DNA of 46,608 nt, taken from Haloglomus sp. (GTDB taxonomy: Archaea > Halobacteriota > Halobacteria > Halobacteriales > Haloarculaceae). Positions 36,777-46,241 of the stretch are shown piece after piece. Made by a program: the position numbers and the translations under genes. How positions within the stretch are numbered: position 1 is the first letter of the stretch; the number at the start of each line of letters is the position of its first letter. Location: positions 1 through 46,608 of the forward strand of contig JBDGSA010000073.1 in the NCBI GenBank assembly GCA_042217755.1. The letters are read 5' to 3'. The notes beneath the pieces were generated by a model, which was not told the DNA's origin, did no database searches, and saw only the letters and a list, made by a program, of their open reading frames with translations.

Positions 36777-37334
36777 ATGCCCGGACCAGTCTTCATCGAA
36801 ACCGACCGACTCGAGCTGCGGACCGTCGAAGCCGAGGACGCAGGGGTCGTACAGCGCGGCCGGATGCACCCCGAGGTCCGACGACACATCGCCGAGTTCC
36901 GGGCGCCCAGGAGCGAGGAGGCCATCGCCGACGAGGTGCCGAACGACGACGCCGTCCGGTTGCTCGTCGTCCCGAAGACCGGCGACATGGCCAAAGAACC
37001 CGTCGGCGAGGCCTCGCTCGACTACATCCACGAGGAGGACGGATGGGCGAACATCAGCTTCTGGCTGTTCCCGGCAGCCCGAGGGCGGGGATACGCGACG
37101 GAGGCGGCGGCGAACCTCGTCGCCTTCGGCTTCCGGGAACGCGGTCTCCGGCGCGTCACGGCCAACGCGGTCGCACCGAACGAGGGCTCTCTCGCCCTGC
37201 TGGAGCGACTTGGATTCGTCCACGAGGGCACGCAGCGCGAGAAGGCACGCGTCAACGGCGAGTTCGTCGACGTCGAGTTCTACGGGCTCCTCCGACGAGA
37301 GTGGGACGGGGTCGAGGCGGCTCTCGACGACTGA
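36777..37334 (+). CDS. GNAT N-acetyltransferase, RimJ/RimL type
   Basis: ETDRLELR, RGRGYATEA, NEGSLALLERLGFVHEG. Confidence 0.92.
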   Translation: MPGPVFIETDRLELRTVEAEDAGVVQRGRMHPEVRRHIAEFRAPRSEEAIADEVPNDDAVRLLVVPKTGDMAKEPVGEASLDYIHEEDGWANISFWLFPAARGRGYATEAAANLVAFGFRERGLRRVTANAVAPNEGSLALLERLGFVHEGTQREKARVNGEFVDVEFYGLLRREWDGVEAALDD

Positions 37335-37364
37335 GCCGGCACGTCGGCTGGAGACCAGCCCACC

Positions 37365-38948
37365 TCAGACCGGGGCGGCCTCACGGTAGCGTGCAGCGAG
37401 CGTCCCGACGAGGCGCCGCTCGGCCGGAGCGAACCCAAGCCACCACAGGACGCCCGCGTACGCCGCCAGCCCTACGGTCGTCCCGGCGACCGCCCCCGAG
37501 GAGTCCGGCAGCGTCACCCGAGCCGCGAGCGCGATTCCCGCGAGCGGGACCGCGGCGAGGAGGGGCTTCGCGTGCGACCGCGTGAGTGGCTGGAGTCCCT
37601 CCAGCCGATAGAGCGCCCCCACCTCGGCGAGGTTGTTCGCCGAGAGCATCAGCAGGTAGACCGCCGCGAGCCCGGGCAGGCCGAAGCGGAGCGTCGCCGG
37701 GACGGCCACGAGGGTGAGGACACCGGTCAGCACGGCGTTGACGACGAACGAGGCGCGCTGGTGGTCCGTCATCAACAGGAGGATGCCGACGCTGCCGGCG
37801 ACGCAGGCGACCCACTGTGCGAGCACGAACGCGGGGAGCAGGTCGGCGTGCCGGACGAACGTCGGGCCGAACAGCTGCATGACCGACGTCCGGAAGACGA
37901 TGACCGGGACGGCCAGGGCGGTGACGCCGACCAGGACGAGCCGGCTCGTCGCGCCGTAGAGCCGGGAGAGAGCCTCGCGGGCGTCGTCTCCGTGGAGCGC
38001 GGCGGCGACGGGCGGCATGAACTGGTTGATGCCCATGAGGGGGAGCCGGACGGCCAGTCCCACCAGCGCGCCGACGGCGAAGACGGCGCCCGCGACGTTG
38101 TCGAGGAACAGCGCGAGCAGGACGTAGAACCCGAAGTGCTGGATGCTGGTAGCGACGGTACCACCCATCGTCGGTGCGGTGTATCGGAGGTAGCGGCGGC
38201 GGAGCGTCGAGGCGTCCGGTCCACGGACCCGCGGGCGGAGGCCGCGCTCACGGCCGAGCCAGGCGACGACTGCCACCCCGACCAGTCCGGCGGCGAGCAG
38301 TACGCCCACGCCGACCGAGAACAGCCCGGCAGCGAGGACACCGACGACGGCGACCCCGAGCTGCAGGAGCGGAAAGCCGAGCCGCAGCGAGAGGTTCAAC
38401 GCCGTCACCTCCTCCAGCCCCCGGAGCAGTTCCGTGGCCGCCACTAGCAGGGCCGAGGCCGGCAGGCCGAGCGCGAACGTGCGGAGGAACAGGACGAACC
38501 GGGCGCCCCGCCCGCCCAGGGTCGCGAGCCCCGGGGCGATCAGGTAGAGGCCGGCGCCGAACGCGGCGGCGACAGCCACCGTCAGGAGGGTCCCGAACGT
38601 CGCGACGAGGTCACGCTCGACCCCGGTGTCAGCGTTGGGCAGGAACCGGCTCAGCCCGGTCCGTGCGCCGGCCGTGACGGCCAGGAGGAACTCCTGCAGG
38701 CGGCGCGCGAGGACGAACACGCCGTATCCAGCCGCCGAGAAGCCGTTCGTCAGGACCGCGGTGAACACGACGCGCAACGCCTGCTCGGCGACGATACCCG
38801 GGACCGAGACCACTGCGCCGTGAGCCACTCGCTCCAGTGCGTCCGCCAGTCGGGCGTCGACAGCGTCTTCGGCTGACTCCACATCGGGGTCCGCCACGTC
38901 CGCACTCTCCTCGACGGTGGAGTCCAACACGACGTCGTCACCCGTCAC
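37365..38948 (-). CDS. MATE/flippase-like polysaccharide export protein
   Basis: About 12-14 TM; YGVFVLA, GLSRFLP, LLRGLEE, LLLMTDHQR; start uncertain. Confidence 0.78.
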   Translation of the reverse strand: MTGDDVVLDSTVEESADVADPDVESAEDAVDARLADALERVAHGAVVSVPGIVAEQALRVVFTAVLTNGFSAAGYGVFVLARRLQEFLLAVTAGARTGLSRFLPNADTGVERDLVATFGTLLTVAVAAAFGAGLYLIAPGLATLGGRGARFVLFLRTFALGLPASALLVAATELLRGLEEVTALNLSLRLGFPLLQLGVAVVGVLAAGLFSVGVGVLLAAGLVGVAVVAWLGRERGLRPRVRGPDASTLRRRYLRYTAPTMGGTVATSIQHFGFYVLLALFLDNVAGAVFAVGALVGLAVRLPLMGINQFMPPVAAALHGDDAREALSRLYGATSRLVLVGVTALAVPVIVFRTSVMQLFGPTFVRHADLLPAFVLAQWVACVAGSVGILLLMTDHQRASFVVNAVLTGVLTLVAVPATLRFGLPGLAAVYLLMLSANNLAEVGALYRLEGLQPLTRSHAKPLLAAVPLAGIALAARVTLPDSSGAVAGTTVGLAAYAGVLWWLGFAPAERRLVGTLAARYREAAPV

Positions 38949-39014
38949 GCGCTGCGGTTGACGACCCTCTGGAAAGACGGCTGCGGTCGCATGCGGGCGA
39001 GTCTCGTAGCTCCA

Positions 39015-39070
39015 GACGGGTCTGGGGCTGGGAGAGTCCGGACGGGTCTGGGGCTGGGAGAATCCGGACG
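39015..39070. repeat. 26-bp direct tandem repeat (2+ copies)
   Basis: GACGGGTCTGGGGCTGGGAGARTCCG twice, then GACG. Confidence 0.88.
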
Positions 39071-39188
39071 AATCTCCTGGCCCCAGACGGCACCAGCCAC
39101 GCCGGTGATACTCGCAGTCGGACACGACTATCCCGACGATCCAGTCCGTTCACTTCCGAGAGCCGTGATTACACTTTCACTCCGGTCG

Positions 39189-39202
39189 CGAAACTTCTTA
39201 TA
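39189..39202 (+). promoter_or_regulatory. BRE/TATA of the rpa operon
   Basis: CGAAA followed by TTATA; SD-like GGAGG at 39246. Confidence 0.55.
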
Positions 39203-39262
39203 CCATCCAGCGCCAACCCGCATACGCCTCCCATCGAAAACACGCGGAGGCGGAACGCACCC

Positions 39263-40192
39263 ATGGCAGACCTACAGCGACACGCCAAAGAGGTACACGA
39301 CCAGTTCTCCGAACAGCTCGACATCACCGTCGAGGACGTCCAGGAGCGTCTGGAGACGCTCGTCAACGAGTACAAGGTGCCGGCCGACGAGGCCCGGCGG
39401 AGCGTCGTCTCGACGTACCTGGACGAGGCGGGCATGGACCGCGACGACGTCGGGAGTGGCGGCAACGCCGACGTGCTGGTCGGCGACATCGACCAGGACG
39501 AGCAGTGGGTCGACCTGCGCGTACAGGTGGTGGACCTCTGGGAGCCCCAGAGCGACGCCGTCTCGCAGGTCGGCCTGCTCGGTGACGAGTCGGGCACCAT
39601 CAAGTTCGTCGCCTTCGAGACCAGCGACCTCCCGCTGCTGGAGGAGGGTTCGAGCTACGCGCTCGGGAACGTCGTCACCGACGAGTACGAGGGGACCTAC
39701 TCGGTGAAGCTCAACCGCACCACGAGCATCACCGAACTCGACGAAGCGGTCGAGGTCGGCGACGACTCCACGGAGGTCGAGGGCGCGCTCGTCGACATCC
39801 AGGACGGCAGCGGCCTGGTCAAGCGCTGTCCCGAGGAGGACTGCACCCGCGTCCTCCAGAACGGCCGCTGCAACGAGCACGGCGAGGTCGACGGCGAGTA
39901 CGACCTCCGCATCAAGGGCGTGCTGGACGACGGCGAGACCGTCACGGAGGTCATCTTCGACGAGGCAGCCACGACCGACCTCACCGGTATCGGCCTCCAG
40001 GAGGCCATCGACATGGCCAAAGACGCCCTCGACACCGAGGTCGTGGTCGAGGAGATGCGCGACGAGGTGCTCGGGCGCTACTATCGCGTCCACGGTCCCA
40101 CCTTCGGTCGATACGTTCTGGCGGACGAGACCGAGCGGCTCGACGGGCCCGTCGACGCCGAACAGACGCTGATCAAGGCGAGGTCGATCTGA
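39263..40192 (+). CDS. rpa3: replication protein A (OB folds plus zinc finger), Rpa3 type
   Basis: SQVGLLGDESGTIKF; GSGLVKRCPEEDCTRVLQNGRCNEHG; DLRIKGVLDDG. Confidence 0.88.
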   Translation: MADLQRHAKEVHDQFSEQLDITVEDVQERLETLVNEYKVPADEARRSVVSTYLDEAGMDRDDVGSGGNADVLVGDIDQDEQWVDLRVQVVDLWEPQSDAVSQVGLLGDESGTIKFVAFETSDLPLLEEGSSYALGNVVTDEYEGTYSVKLNRTTSITELDEAVEVGDDSTEVEGALVDIQDGSGLVKRCPEEDCTRVLQNGRCNEHGEVDGEYDLRIKGVLDDGETVTEVIFDEAATTDLTGIGLQEAIDMAKDALDTEVVVEEMRDEVLGRYYRVHGPTFGRYVLADETERLDGPVDAEQTLIKARSI

Positions 40193-40193
40193 C

Positions 40194-40796
40194 ATGAGTT
40201 CAATCCCCACCCGAGAGGTCGCGCGGCGAGCGTTCGCCCGCGAGTTCAACGACGCCGGCTACACGTTCAAGGAATCCGACGACGAGCGCGCGCCACTGTA
40301 CGCGCTCCTGCCGACGGGCGAGCGCGCGAACCGCGTGTTCGTCGTGGGCACGCTGATGGAGACCGAGGACGTCGGCGACGAGTCCGAGTACTGGCGCGGC
40401 CGCATCGTCGACCCGACGGGGACGTTCTTCACGTACGCCGGGCAGTACCAGCCCGAGGCCGCCGCCGCGCTCCGGGAACTGGAGACGCCGGTGTTCGTCG
40501 CCATCGTCGGCAAGCCCCGCACCTACGAGACCGACGAGGGCGACGTCCGCGTCTCGCTCCGCCCGGAGTCGCTCACCGTCGTCGACCAGGCGACCCGCGA
40601 CCGGTGGGTCGTCGAGACGGCCCAGCGGACCATCGAGCGCATCGAGGCGTTCGACCCCGAGACGAACGAGTACGCCGCGATGGCCGACGAGCAGTACGAC
40701 CTGCCCATCGACACCTACCGCGACGAGGCCATCGCCGCGCTCGAGTCACTCGACGACGGCGAGATGGCTGACGCCGAGGCCGAAGCCGCGGACTGA
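40194..40796 (+). CDS. rpa3ap: RPA-associated protein
   Basis: REVARRAFA.EF, RAP.Y.LLPTG...NRVF.VG, DPTGTF..YAGQYQP; 1 bp after rpa3. Confidence 0.85.
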   Translation: MSSIPTREVARRAFAREFNDAGYTFKESDDERAPLYALLPTGERANRVFVVGTLMETEDVGDESEYWRGRIVDPTGTFFTYAGQYQPEAAAALRELETPVFVAIVGKPRTYETDEGDVRVSLRPESLTVVDQATRDRWVVETAQRTIERIEAFDPETNEYAAMADEQYDLPIDTYRDEAIAALESLDDGEMADAEAEAAD

Positions 40797-41233
40797 CCAC
40801 CTCCGGGCCGCACGCATCGCTCGCACTCGTTCGTCGTTTTTCGCCGTCGATAACGGTGAGCGGATCTAGCGGTGATCGTCGCTGACGGCGTTCGAATCGT
40901 CGACGAGGGGGGCCAGTCCGAGTTATCCACAACCCCACTGTATAGCGATTCCCACAGTGAGGGAATCTCTCTGGTGGGTGATGAAGTCGCCCCCCTCTAC
41001 GCCGTGCACCTGTTCGGCCTCGGCGCGGTCGAGGCGGGCTGCATTCTCGGCCTGGACGCTCGGCTCGAGGAGTTCGCAGTCGTCCAGAACAACCGCTGGA
41101 TTCGACTGCTGCTGGAGTGAGCCGCACGATCTCTTCCAGTCTCCGGTCGCTTCGCGTCCGAATCGCCACGCCGGGAGCAGAGCGGTGCGCTGGAACCGCC
41201 ACCGGAAAGTACCGTCCGACCCGAGTGCCGATA

Positions 41234-42199
41234 ATGACCGAGGCCGGGGACCTGCCCGAGGGACTCGAGGCGGGCGACGCACCTGCCCTTCCCGACGACG
41301 TCGACGCCGTGCGCGAGGCGCTCGTCGAGTGGTACGAGGCCGACCACCGGCCGTTCCCGTGGCGCGAGACCGACGACCCCTACGAGATCCTCGTTTCGGA
41401 GGTGATGAGCCAGCAGACCCAGCTCGACCGCGTCGTCGCGGCGTGGCACGACTTCCTGGAGGAGTGGCCGACCGTCGAGGCCCTGGCCGCTGCCGACCGC
41501 GCGGAGGTCGTCGGCTTCTGGACCGACCACTCGCTGGGCTACAACAACCGCGCGAAGTACCTCCACGAGGCCGCACAGCAAGTCGTCGCCGGTGAGGTCG
41601 ACGGCGTCGAACCGGGAGCGTTTCCCCGGACGCCCGCTGCCTTGGAGGAACTGATGGGAGTCGGGCCCTACACCGCGAACGCCGTGGCCTCCTTCGCGTT
41701 CGACAACGGGGACGCGGTGGTCGACACGAACGTCAAGCGCACCCTCCATCGCGCGTTCGATACCCCGGACGAGGCCGACGCATTCGAGCGGGTCGCCGCG
41801 TTCCTCATGCCCGAGGGCGAGTCCCGCGTCTGGAACAACGCGGTCATGGAACTCGGCGGCGTCGCCTGCCGGAAGGCCCCGAAGTGCGACGAGGCGGACT
41901 GTCCCTGGCGCGAGTGGTGTCACGCGTACGCGACGAATGACTTCACCGCGCCGGACGTGCCGACCCAGCCGGAGTTCGAGGGAAGCCGGCGACAGATGCG
42001 CGGACGCGTGGTCTCGACGCTCCGAGAGTTCGACGAACTGGCGCTCGACGAACTCGGGCCACGGGTGCGCGTCGACTACAGTCCGGGGGGCGAACACGGC
42101 CGCGAGTGGCTCCGCGGGCTCGTCGAGGACCTCGTCGATGACGGTCTGGTCGAACTCGAGGAGGCCGAAGACGGGGCGGTCGCGCGGCTTCGGCAGTAG
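41234..42199 (+). CDS. mutY: A/G-specific adenine glycosylase (HhH-GPD, Fe-S)
   Basis: PWRETDDPYEILVSEVMSQQT, LGYNNRA, LMGVGPYTA, VDTNV, C-x5-C-x4-C-x5-C. Confidence 0.92.
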   Translation: MTEAGDLPEGLEAGDAPALPDDVDAVREALVEWYEADHRPFPWRETDDPYEILVSEVMSQQTQLDRVVAAWHDFLEEWPTVEALAAADRAEVVGFWTDHSLGYNNRAKYLHEAAQQVVAGEVDGVEPGAFPRTPAALEELMGVGPYTANAVASFAFDNGDAVVDTNVKRTLHRAFDTPDEADAFERVAAFLMPEGESRVWNNAVMELGGVACRKAPKCDEADCPWREWCHAYATNDFTAPDVPTQPEFEGSRRQMRGRVVSTLREFDELALDELGPRVRVDYSPGGEHGREWLRGLVEDLVDDGLVELEEAEDGAVARLRQ

Positions 42200-42337
42200 G
42201 TTCGTCGGATCGAACGGCCCTCGACTCGGTCGCCGCTCGAACGCCGCCCGGGCCGCATCACCGGAATCGGGCTCCGCGACCTCGGTCTCGACGCGCCCGT
42301 GCGATTTCTCCGACAGTACGACCAGGAGACGTCTGCC

Positions 42338-42909
42338 ATGTGGAATCCGGTCCCACCGCAACTACTAGCCGTCCGACCGGAGCTGGTCCAGACTGTGCTC
42401 GACCGACTCCGGCATCCGCTGGTGGCGCTGCTGGCCGCCGCGCTGCTCACGCTCCCGTGGCTGCTCTTCCGGGGCTCGGAGTCGCGGCAACCATTCCGCC
42501 GATTCCCGTTATCCTCACCAGCGGTGTCGCGGTCATCGGCGCCGCATTCATCCGACCTGTGCGGTAGAGACGGCCGAGATGGACGTTCCCCGGTCGTTCG
42601 CTCTCGCGGTGCTGGCTATCGTCGCCGTTGCCTCCCAATACACTGTCGACGCACTGTTCGCCTGGGAAGCTGGGGTCAACCCCGGCACGCCGGCCTCGGA
42701 GAATGTCGCGAACCTCGCGCTGTTCGGCCTCCAGTTTCTCCCGTGCTTCCAGACCTACGAGGGGCTGGTACCGTTCAGCGCCGCGTCCGTCGTCCCTGGG
42801 CTGGGGTGCTGGTCGTCCGCCGGAAGGCACGCTGGAAGTTAGACGCCACCGCGAGGGAGTTCGTCCTCCACCCTGCCCGGCGGAGCGGACCCACCCGGGG
42901 AACGACTAA
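42338..42909 (+). pseudogene. multiply frameshifted membrane-protein gene (tentative)
   Basis: Hydrophobic segments hop between three + frames: MWNP...LLTLPWLLF / GVAATIPPIPVILTSGVAVIGAAF / MDVPRSFALAVLAIVAVA... Confidence 0.4.
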
Positions 42910-42913
42910 TCGT

Positions 42914-43001
42914 CGTGGAACCACGGTGGGACTATCGCGGGACTACGGTTGGACTGTCGTGGGACCGCCGTAGAACCACCGTGGGACCGTCGTGGGAAGA
43001 T
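42914..43001. repeat. 11-bp degenerate tandem repeat (8 copies)
   Basis: Consensus CGTGGGACYRY at exact 11-bp spacing. Confidence 0.85.
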
Positions 43002-43037
43002 CCGGCGGGTCCGTACCGCCACACTCGAGGTCGCCGG

Positions 43038-43241
43038 CTACTCCGTCTCGGCCGCCGGCAACTCCCCCCGCCGCCGCTTTGCGCGTCGGCGGTACTCTCC
43101 GTAGGGGTCCTCGGGGCTGAACGGCGCGGGCGCGCTGTTGACCGCCTCAGCGCCACACTCGGGGCACTCGTCGCCGAGCGTGTACACCGGCCGGTCGTGC
43201 GCCTCGCGCCAGTCGGAGCAGACGTGGATGTCGGATTTCAC
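43038..43241 (-). CDS. nop10: H/ACA RNP protein Nop10
   Basis: (M)KSDIHVC...VYTL...CPECG...SAPAPFSPEDPYGEYRR. Confidence 0.93.
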   Translation of the reverse strand: MKSDIHVCSDWREAHDRPVYTLGDECPECGAEAVNSAPAPFSPEDPYGEYRRRAKRRRGELPAAETE

Positions 43242-43314
43242 GGTTATTTTCTACTTGACTATTTAATAATGCATATATCTTGATTATTCGATTATCCTGT
43301 CAAATGCAGGAGAT
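43242..43314. other. AT-rich islet 8 (about 29% GC) filling the aIF2alpha-nop10 gap
   Basis: 21 G+C in 73 bp; begins GGTTATTTTCTACTT. Confidence 0.85.
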
Positions 43315-44115
43315 TTATTCCTCGTCCGTGCGGCGCTCGCGGTGGAACTCGCCGGTGCCGCCGGCGCCCTTGATGGCCTCGCGGGCGCGGTCGGCCGCCG
43401 CCTCGAGCTGTGACTCGGCGGTCTTGTAGTTGGGCGCCTGGACGCGGATGCGGTACTCGGGCGCGCCGACGTAGGTCACCTCGAGGTCGACCTCGTCGGG
43501 CACCTCGCCGTTGCCCTCGGCGGCCTCCAGCGCCTGCCGGACGGTCTCGACGCCGGCCGGTCCGGGCGCCCGGAGGTCGACGTAGCCCGTCACCTGCACG
43601 TACGGGACGGAGACGTTCTCGCGGGCGGTCTCGACGATGGCGTCGATCTCGTCCTCGTCGAGGTCGGTGTCTTCGAGCGCCTCGTGGCCGTGGATGGCGG
43701 CCTGTTCGAACCCGTCGTACAGCGAACCGAAGTCCGCAAACAGCGCGTTCGCGACGGTGCTGTACTGCTCGTCACTCATGTCCTCGCCGAAGGCCAGCTC
43801 CATCCACTTCTCGGCCTTCTGCTCGGACTTCCACTCCTGGATCTTCTCCGAGCGCTGGTGGTCGTTGACGTCTTTGATAGAGAGGTCGATCTGCTGGGCA
43901 TCCTCGTCGACCTCGAGCACCTTGCAGACGACGCGCTCGTCGAGGCTGACGTGGTCGCGGACGTTCTTGATCCAGCCAGCCGCGACCTCGCTGACGTGGA
44001 CCAGCCCGCGCTTGCCCTCGTACTCTTCGAGGTCGACGAACACGCCGAAGTCCTCGATCTCGTCGACCCGGCCGACGACGAGTTCCCCGGGTTCGGGATA
44101 CCCGCTGAATTTCAT
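43315..44115 (-). CDS. eif2a: translation initiation factor aIF2 alpha
   Basis: [10 protein letters not shown]1 domain, [24 protein letters not shown]. Confidence 0.96.
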   Translation of the reverse strand: MKFSGYPEPGELVVGRVDEIEDFGVFVDLEEYEGKRGLVHVSEVAAGWIKNVRDHVSLDERVVCKVLEVDEDAQQIDLSIKDVNDHQRSEKIQEWKSEQKAEKWMELAFGEDMSDEQYSTVANALFADFGSLYDGFEQAAIHGHEALEDTDLDEDEIDAIVETARENVSVPYVQVTGYVDLRAPGPAGVETVRQALEAAEGNGEVPDEVDLEVTYVGAPEYRIRVQAPNYKTAESQLEAAADRAREAIKGAGGTGEFHRERRTDEE

Positions 44116-44273
44116 ACCCGTTGCTAACCCATAGGTGGGGATAAACCCACCGAGAACCCGGGCCGACGGACGGGAATGGCGGTCGGAGCGAGGCCGCCAC
44201 GAGGAGAAACACCGACAACTCGCTGATCGGCTGGGGCCCGACTCGACAGACGAAGACGGCCAGCTGCCCCTGG

Positions 44274-44720
44274 CTACCGCCGGAGCGACAGGAAGACGAG
44301 CCCCACGATCACGGCCATACCGACGCTGGCGAGGACGAAGGCCGGTCCGTCCGAGAGGCCGGCCTGCCGGAGCGAGACGATGGCAGTGAGCGTGACCGCC
44401 ACGGCGACCACGGTCGCGCCGCCCCAGAACGCCCCTAGCCGAGCGTAGGACTTCAGCGCGGACTCGGTCTGCCGCTCGTGTTCCTCGAGCAGCGTGTGAT
44501 CGCCGTCCTCGGCACTCGTCGGGGTGTCGAGCATCTCGTCGGGTAGGTCCTCGAGTCCCGGTTCGTCGGCCCCTGCGGCCTGCGTGGGACCACCTACGTC
44601 GGTCACGGCCGACACGGGGCCGTCGTCGCTGCCGTCGCCGTCCACGACGTCGTCGATGGCGGCCTCGACGTCCGCGTCGGTCGCCTCGGGCTGGTCGTCC
44701 CCGTCCGGCGACTCGTTCAT
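44274..44720 (-). CDS. hypothetical protein, acidic N-terminus plus 2 TM
   Basis: MNESPDGDD...; two C-terminal hydrophobic helices. Confidence 0.7.
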   Translation of the reverse strand: MNESPDGDDQPEATDADVEAAIDDVVDGDGSDDGPVSAVTDVGGPTQAAGADEPGLEDLPDEMLDTPTSAEDGDHTLLEEHERQTESALKSYARLGAFWGGATVVAVAVTLTAIVSLRQAGLSDGPAFVLASVGMAVIVGLVFLSLRR

Positions 44721-44932
44721 ACTGACCTGTGCTCGGGCAGAGGAAAAAACCGTTGTGGAGGCCGCCGCGCTCGGCGTGACGTGCCAGAGCCCCGGCTGAC
44801 ACGCCGCCTCGTCGACGCCTTGTCGACGGACGCACCGGCGACGAGCGTCGGCCGAGGACGGAAGCTCGGAGCGGGGCAACGCGGAGTCCGGGGACAACGT
44901 TTACGGCGCAGTCGCGTGTTTCTCCGGCTGCT

Positions 44933-45334
44933 ATGGCAGATATCGAGTCAACCACCACGAACGACTCGGGCTTTCACGCCCTGAGCCGTGTCGGCGACTT
45001 CGAACTGAGCATCGACGCGACGACCGAGGAGGGCCCGTCGCCCAACGAGGTACTGGTCGCGGATTACGCCTCCTGTTACACGTTCGCCTTCCGGGCCGGT
45101 GCCCAGCGAAACGACCACGACGACCTCGGCAAGATCCAGACGGACGCCTCCGCCGACATCGACGACGAGGACGACCTCGAGAGCATCAGTTTCGACATCC
45201 ACGTCGAGGCCGAACTCGACGAGGACGAGCAGGGCGAACTGAAGGAACTGGCCGACGACATCTGCCACGTCCACGCCGCCCTTCGCGAAGGACTCCACGC
45301 CGACGTGAACATCCACCCCGGCGCTGATCTGTAA
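44933..45334 (+). CDS. OsmC/Ohr-family protein
   Basis: GPSPNEVL...ASCY and ICHVH cysteines. Confidence 0.85.
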   Translation: MADIESTTTNDSGFHALSRVGDFELSIDATTEEGPSPNEVLVADYASCYTFAFRAGAQRNDHDDLGKIQTDASADIDDEDDLESISFDIHVEAELDEDEQGELKELADDICHVHAALREGLHADVNIHPGADL

Positions 45335-45414
45335 TCGGTGCATTAGCGGATGGCTCGGTCCCCGGCTGACTGCCCTTCGCAAGGTTGATTGCCGGGCCTG
45401 AGCTACCGCTGTTC

Positions 45415-45699
45415 ATGGACCTGCGCGTCATCGAGAACGAGGAGACCGAACTCTCTATCGAGATCGCCGGCGAGGATCACACCTTCATGAACGTGCTGAA
45501 GGAAGCGCTGCTGGAGATCGAGGGCGTCGCGGCGGCGACCTACGACGTGAACCCGGAACAGTCCGGCGGCCAGACCGACCCCATCCTCGTCATCAAGACC
45601 GAGGCGGGGACCGCGCCGCTCGACGCGCTCGAGGCGGCCGCACGCAACATCAAGGACAAGACCACCGACTTCCGCAACGCGTTCGAGGCCGCCGCGTAG
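45415..45699 (+). CDS. rpoL: DNA-directed RNA polymerase subunit L (Rpo11)
   Basis: [13 protein letters not shown]...[15 protein letters not shown]. Confidence 0.95.
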   Translation: MDLRVIENEETELSIEIAGEDHTFMNVLKEALLEIEGVAAATYDVNPEQSGGQTDPILVIKTEAGTAPLDALEAAARNIKDKTTDFRNAFEAAA

Positions 45700-46241
45700 C
45701 CGTCAGGCTCGCTTCTGCCGGTGTTTTTCTCGGTGTCGCTCGTTTCGAGAGACCCGTTCGTGCGGGCGAGTGTCCTTGTCCTTACCAATCGAATTTGGCG
45801 CGCTCGGGCAGCGCGAACGGAGTGTTCGGCAGTAGACGGGCAGTACACGCCAGACGGTGACGGTGCCGCGCCAGTCAGCGGCAGCAACAGGCCGACCTGG
45901 AACGCGATGGGCGGGCCCAGAACGCGACGGAAACGAAGGGGCGCCGAGCGCGGAGTGAAAGTGAAAATTCCACCGCCGTTGCCGCCGAGAACGACCGTTT
46001 CGAGGCCCATATAGACACTTCCGTCGATAACTGGAGGAGAAACGGTGCGCGGGGAGAACGATGCGCCGGAGGAACAGACGGCGGGCGGTGGGCGGCGACC
46101 CGGTCGTGGTCGAGGGGGATTCCCCTGGACTCATAGTGATCAGTTCGAGTCTTTACCGCCGTGGCGATCCGTATCAGTGACTGGAGTTTCTGAACCGGCG
46201 CCTTCCGACACCGGCGTTGAAAGTATTCGCGCTAATCACTA

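Noticed and set aside
40872-41120. 82-aa ORF between rpa3ap and mutY
   Set aside because: No motif, weak codon bias, no clear promoter; cannot be supported.
541-43314. AT islets as IS/MITE elements or foreign gene islands
   Set aside because: No terminal inverted repeats, target duplications or transposase seen; too short to encode genes; only partial similarity between islets.
45922-45941. ORB-like GGAAACGAAGGGG / replication origin
   Set aside because: Lacks the upstream TTCCA/TTCA half, has no clear inverted partner flanking an unwinding element, and no orc1/cdc6 is in the window.
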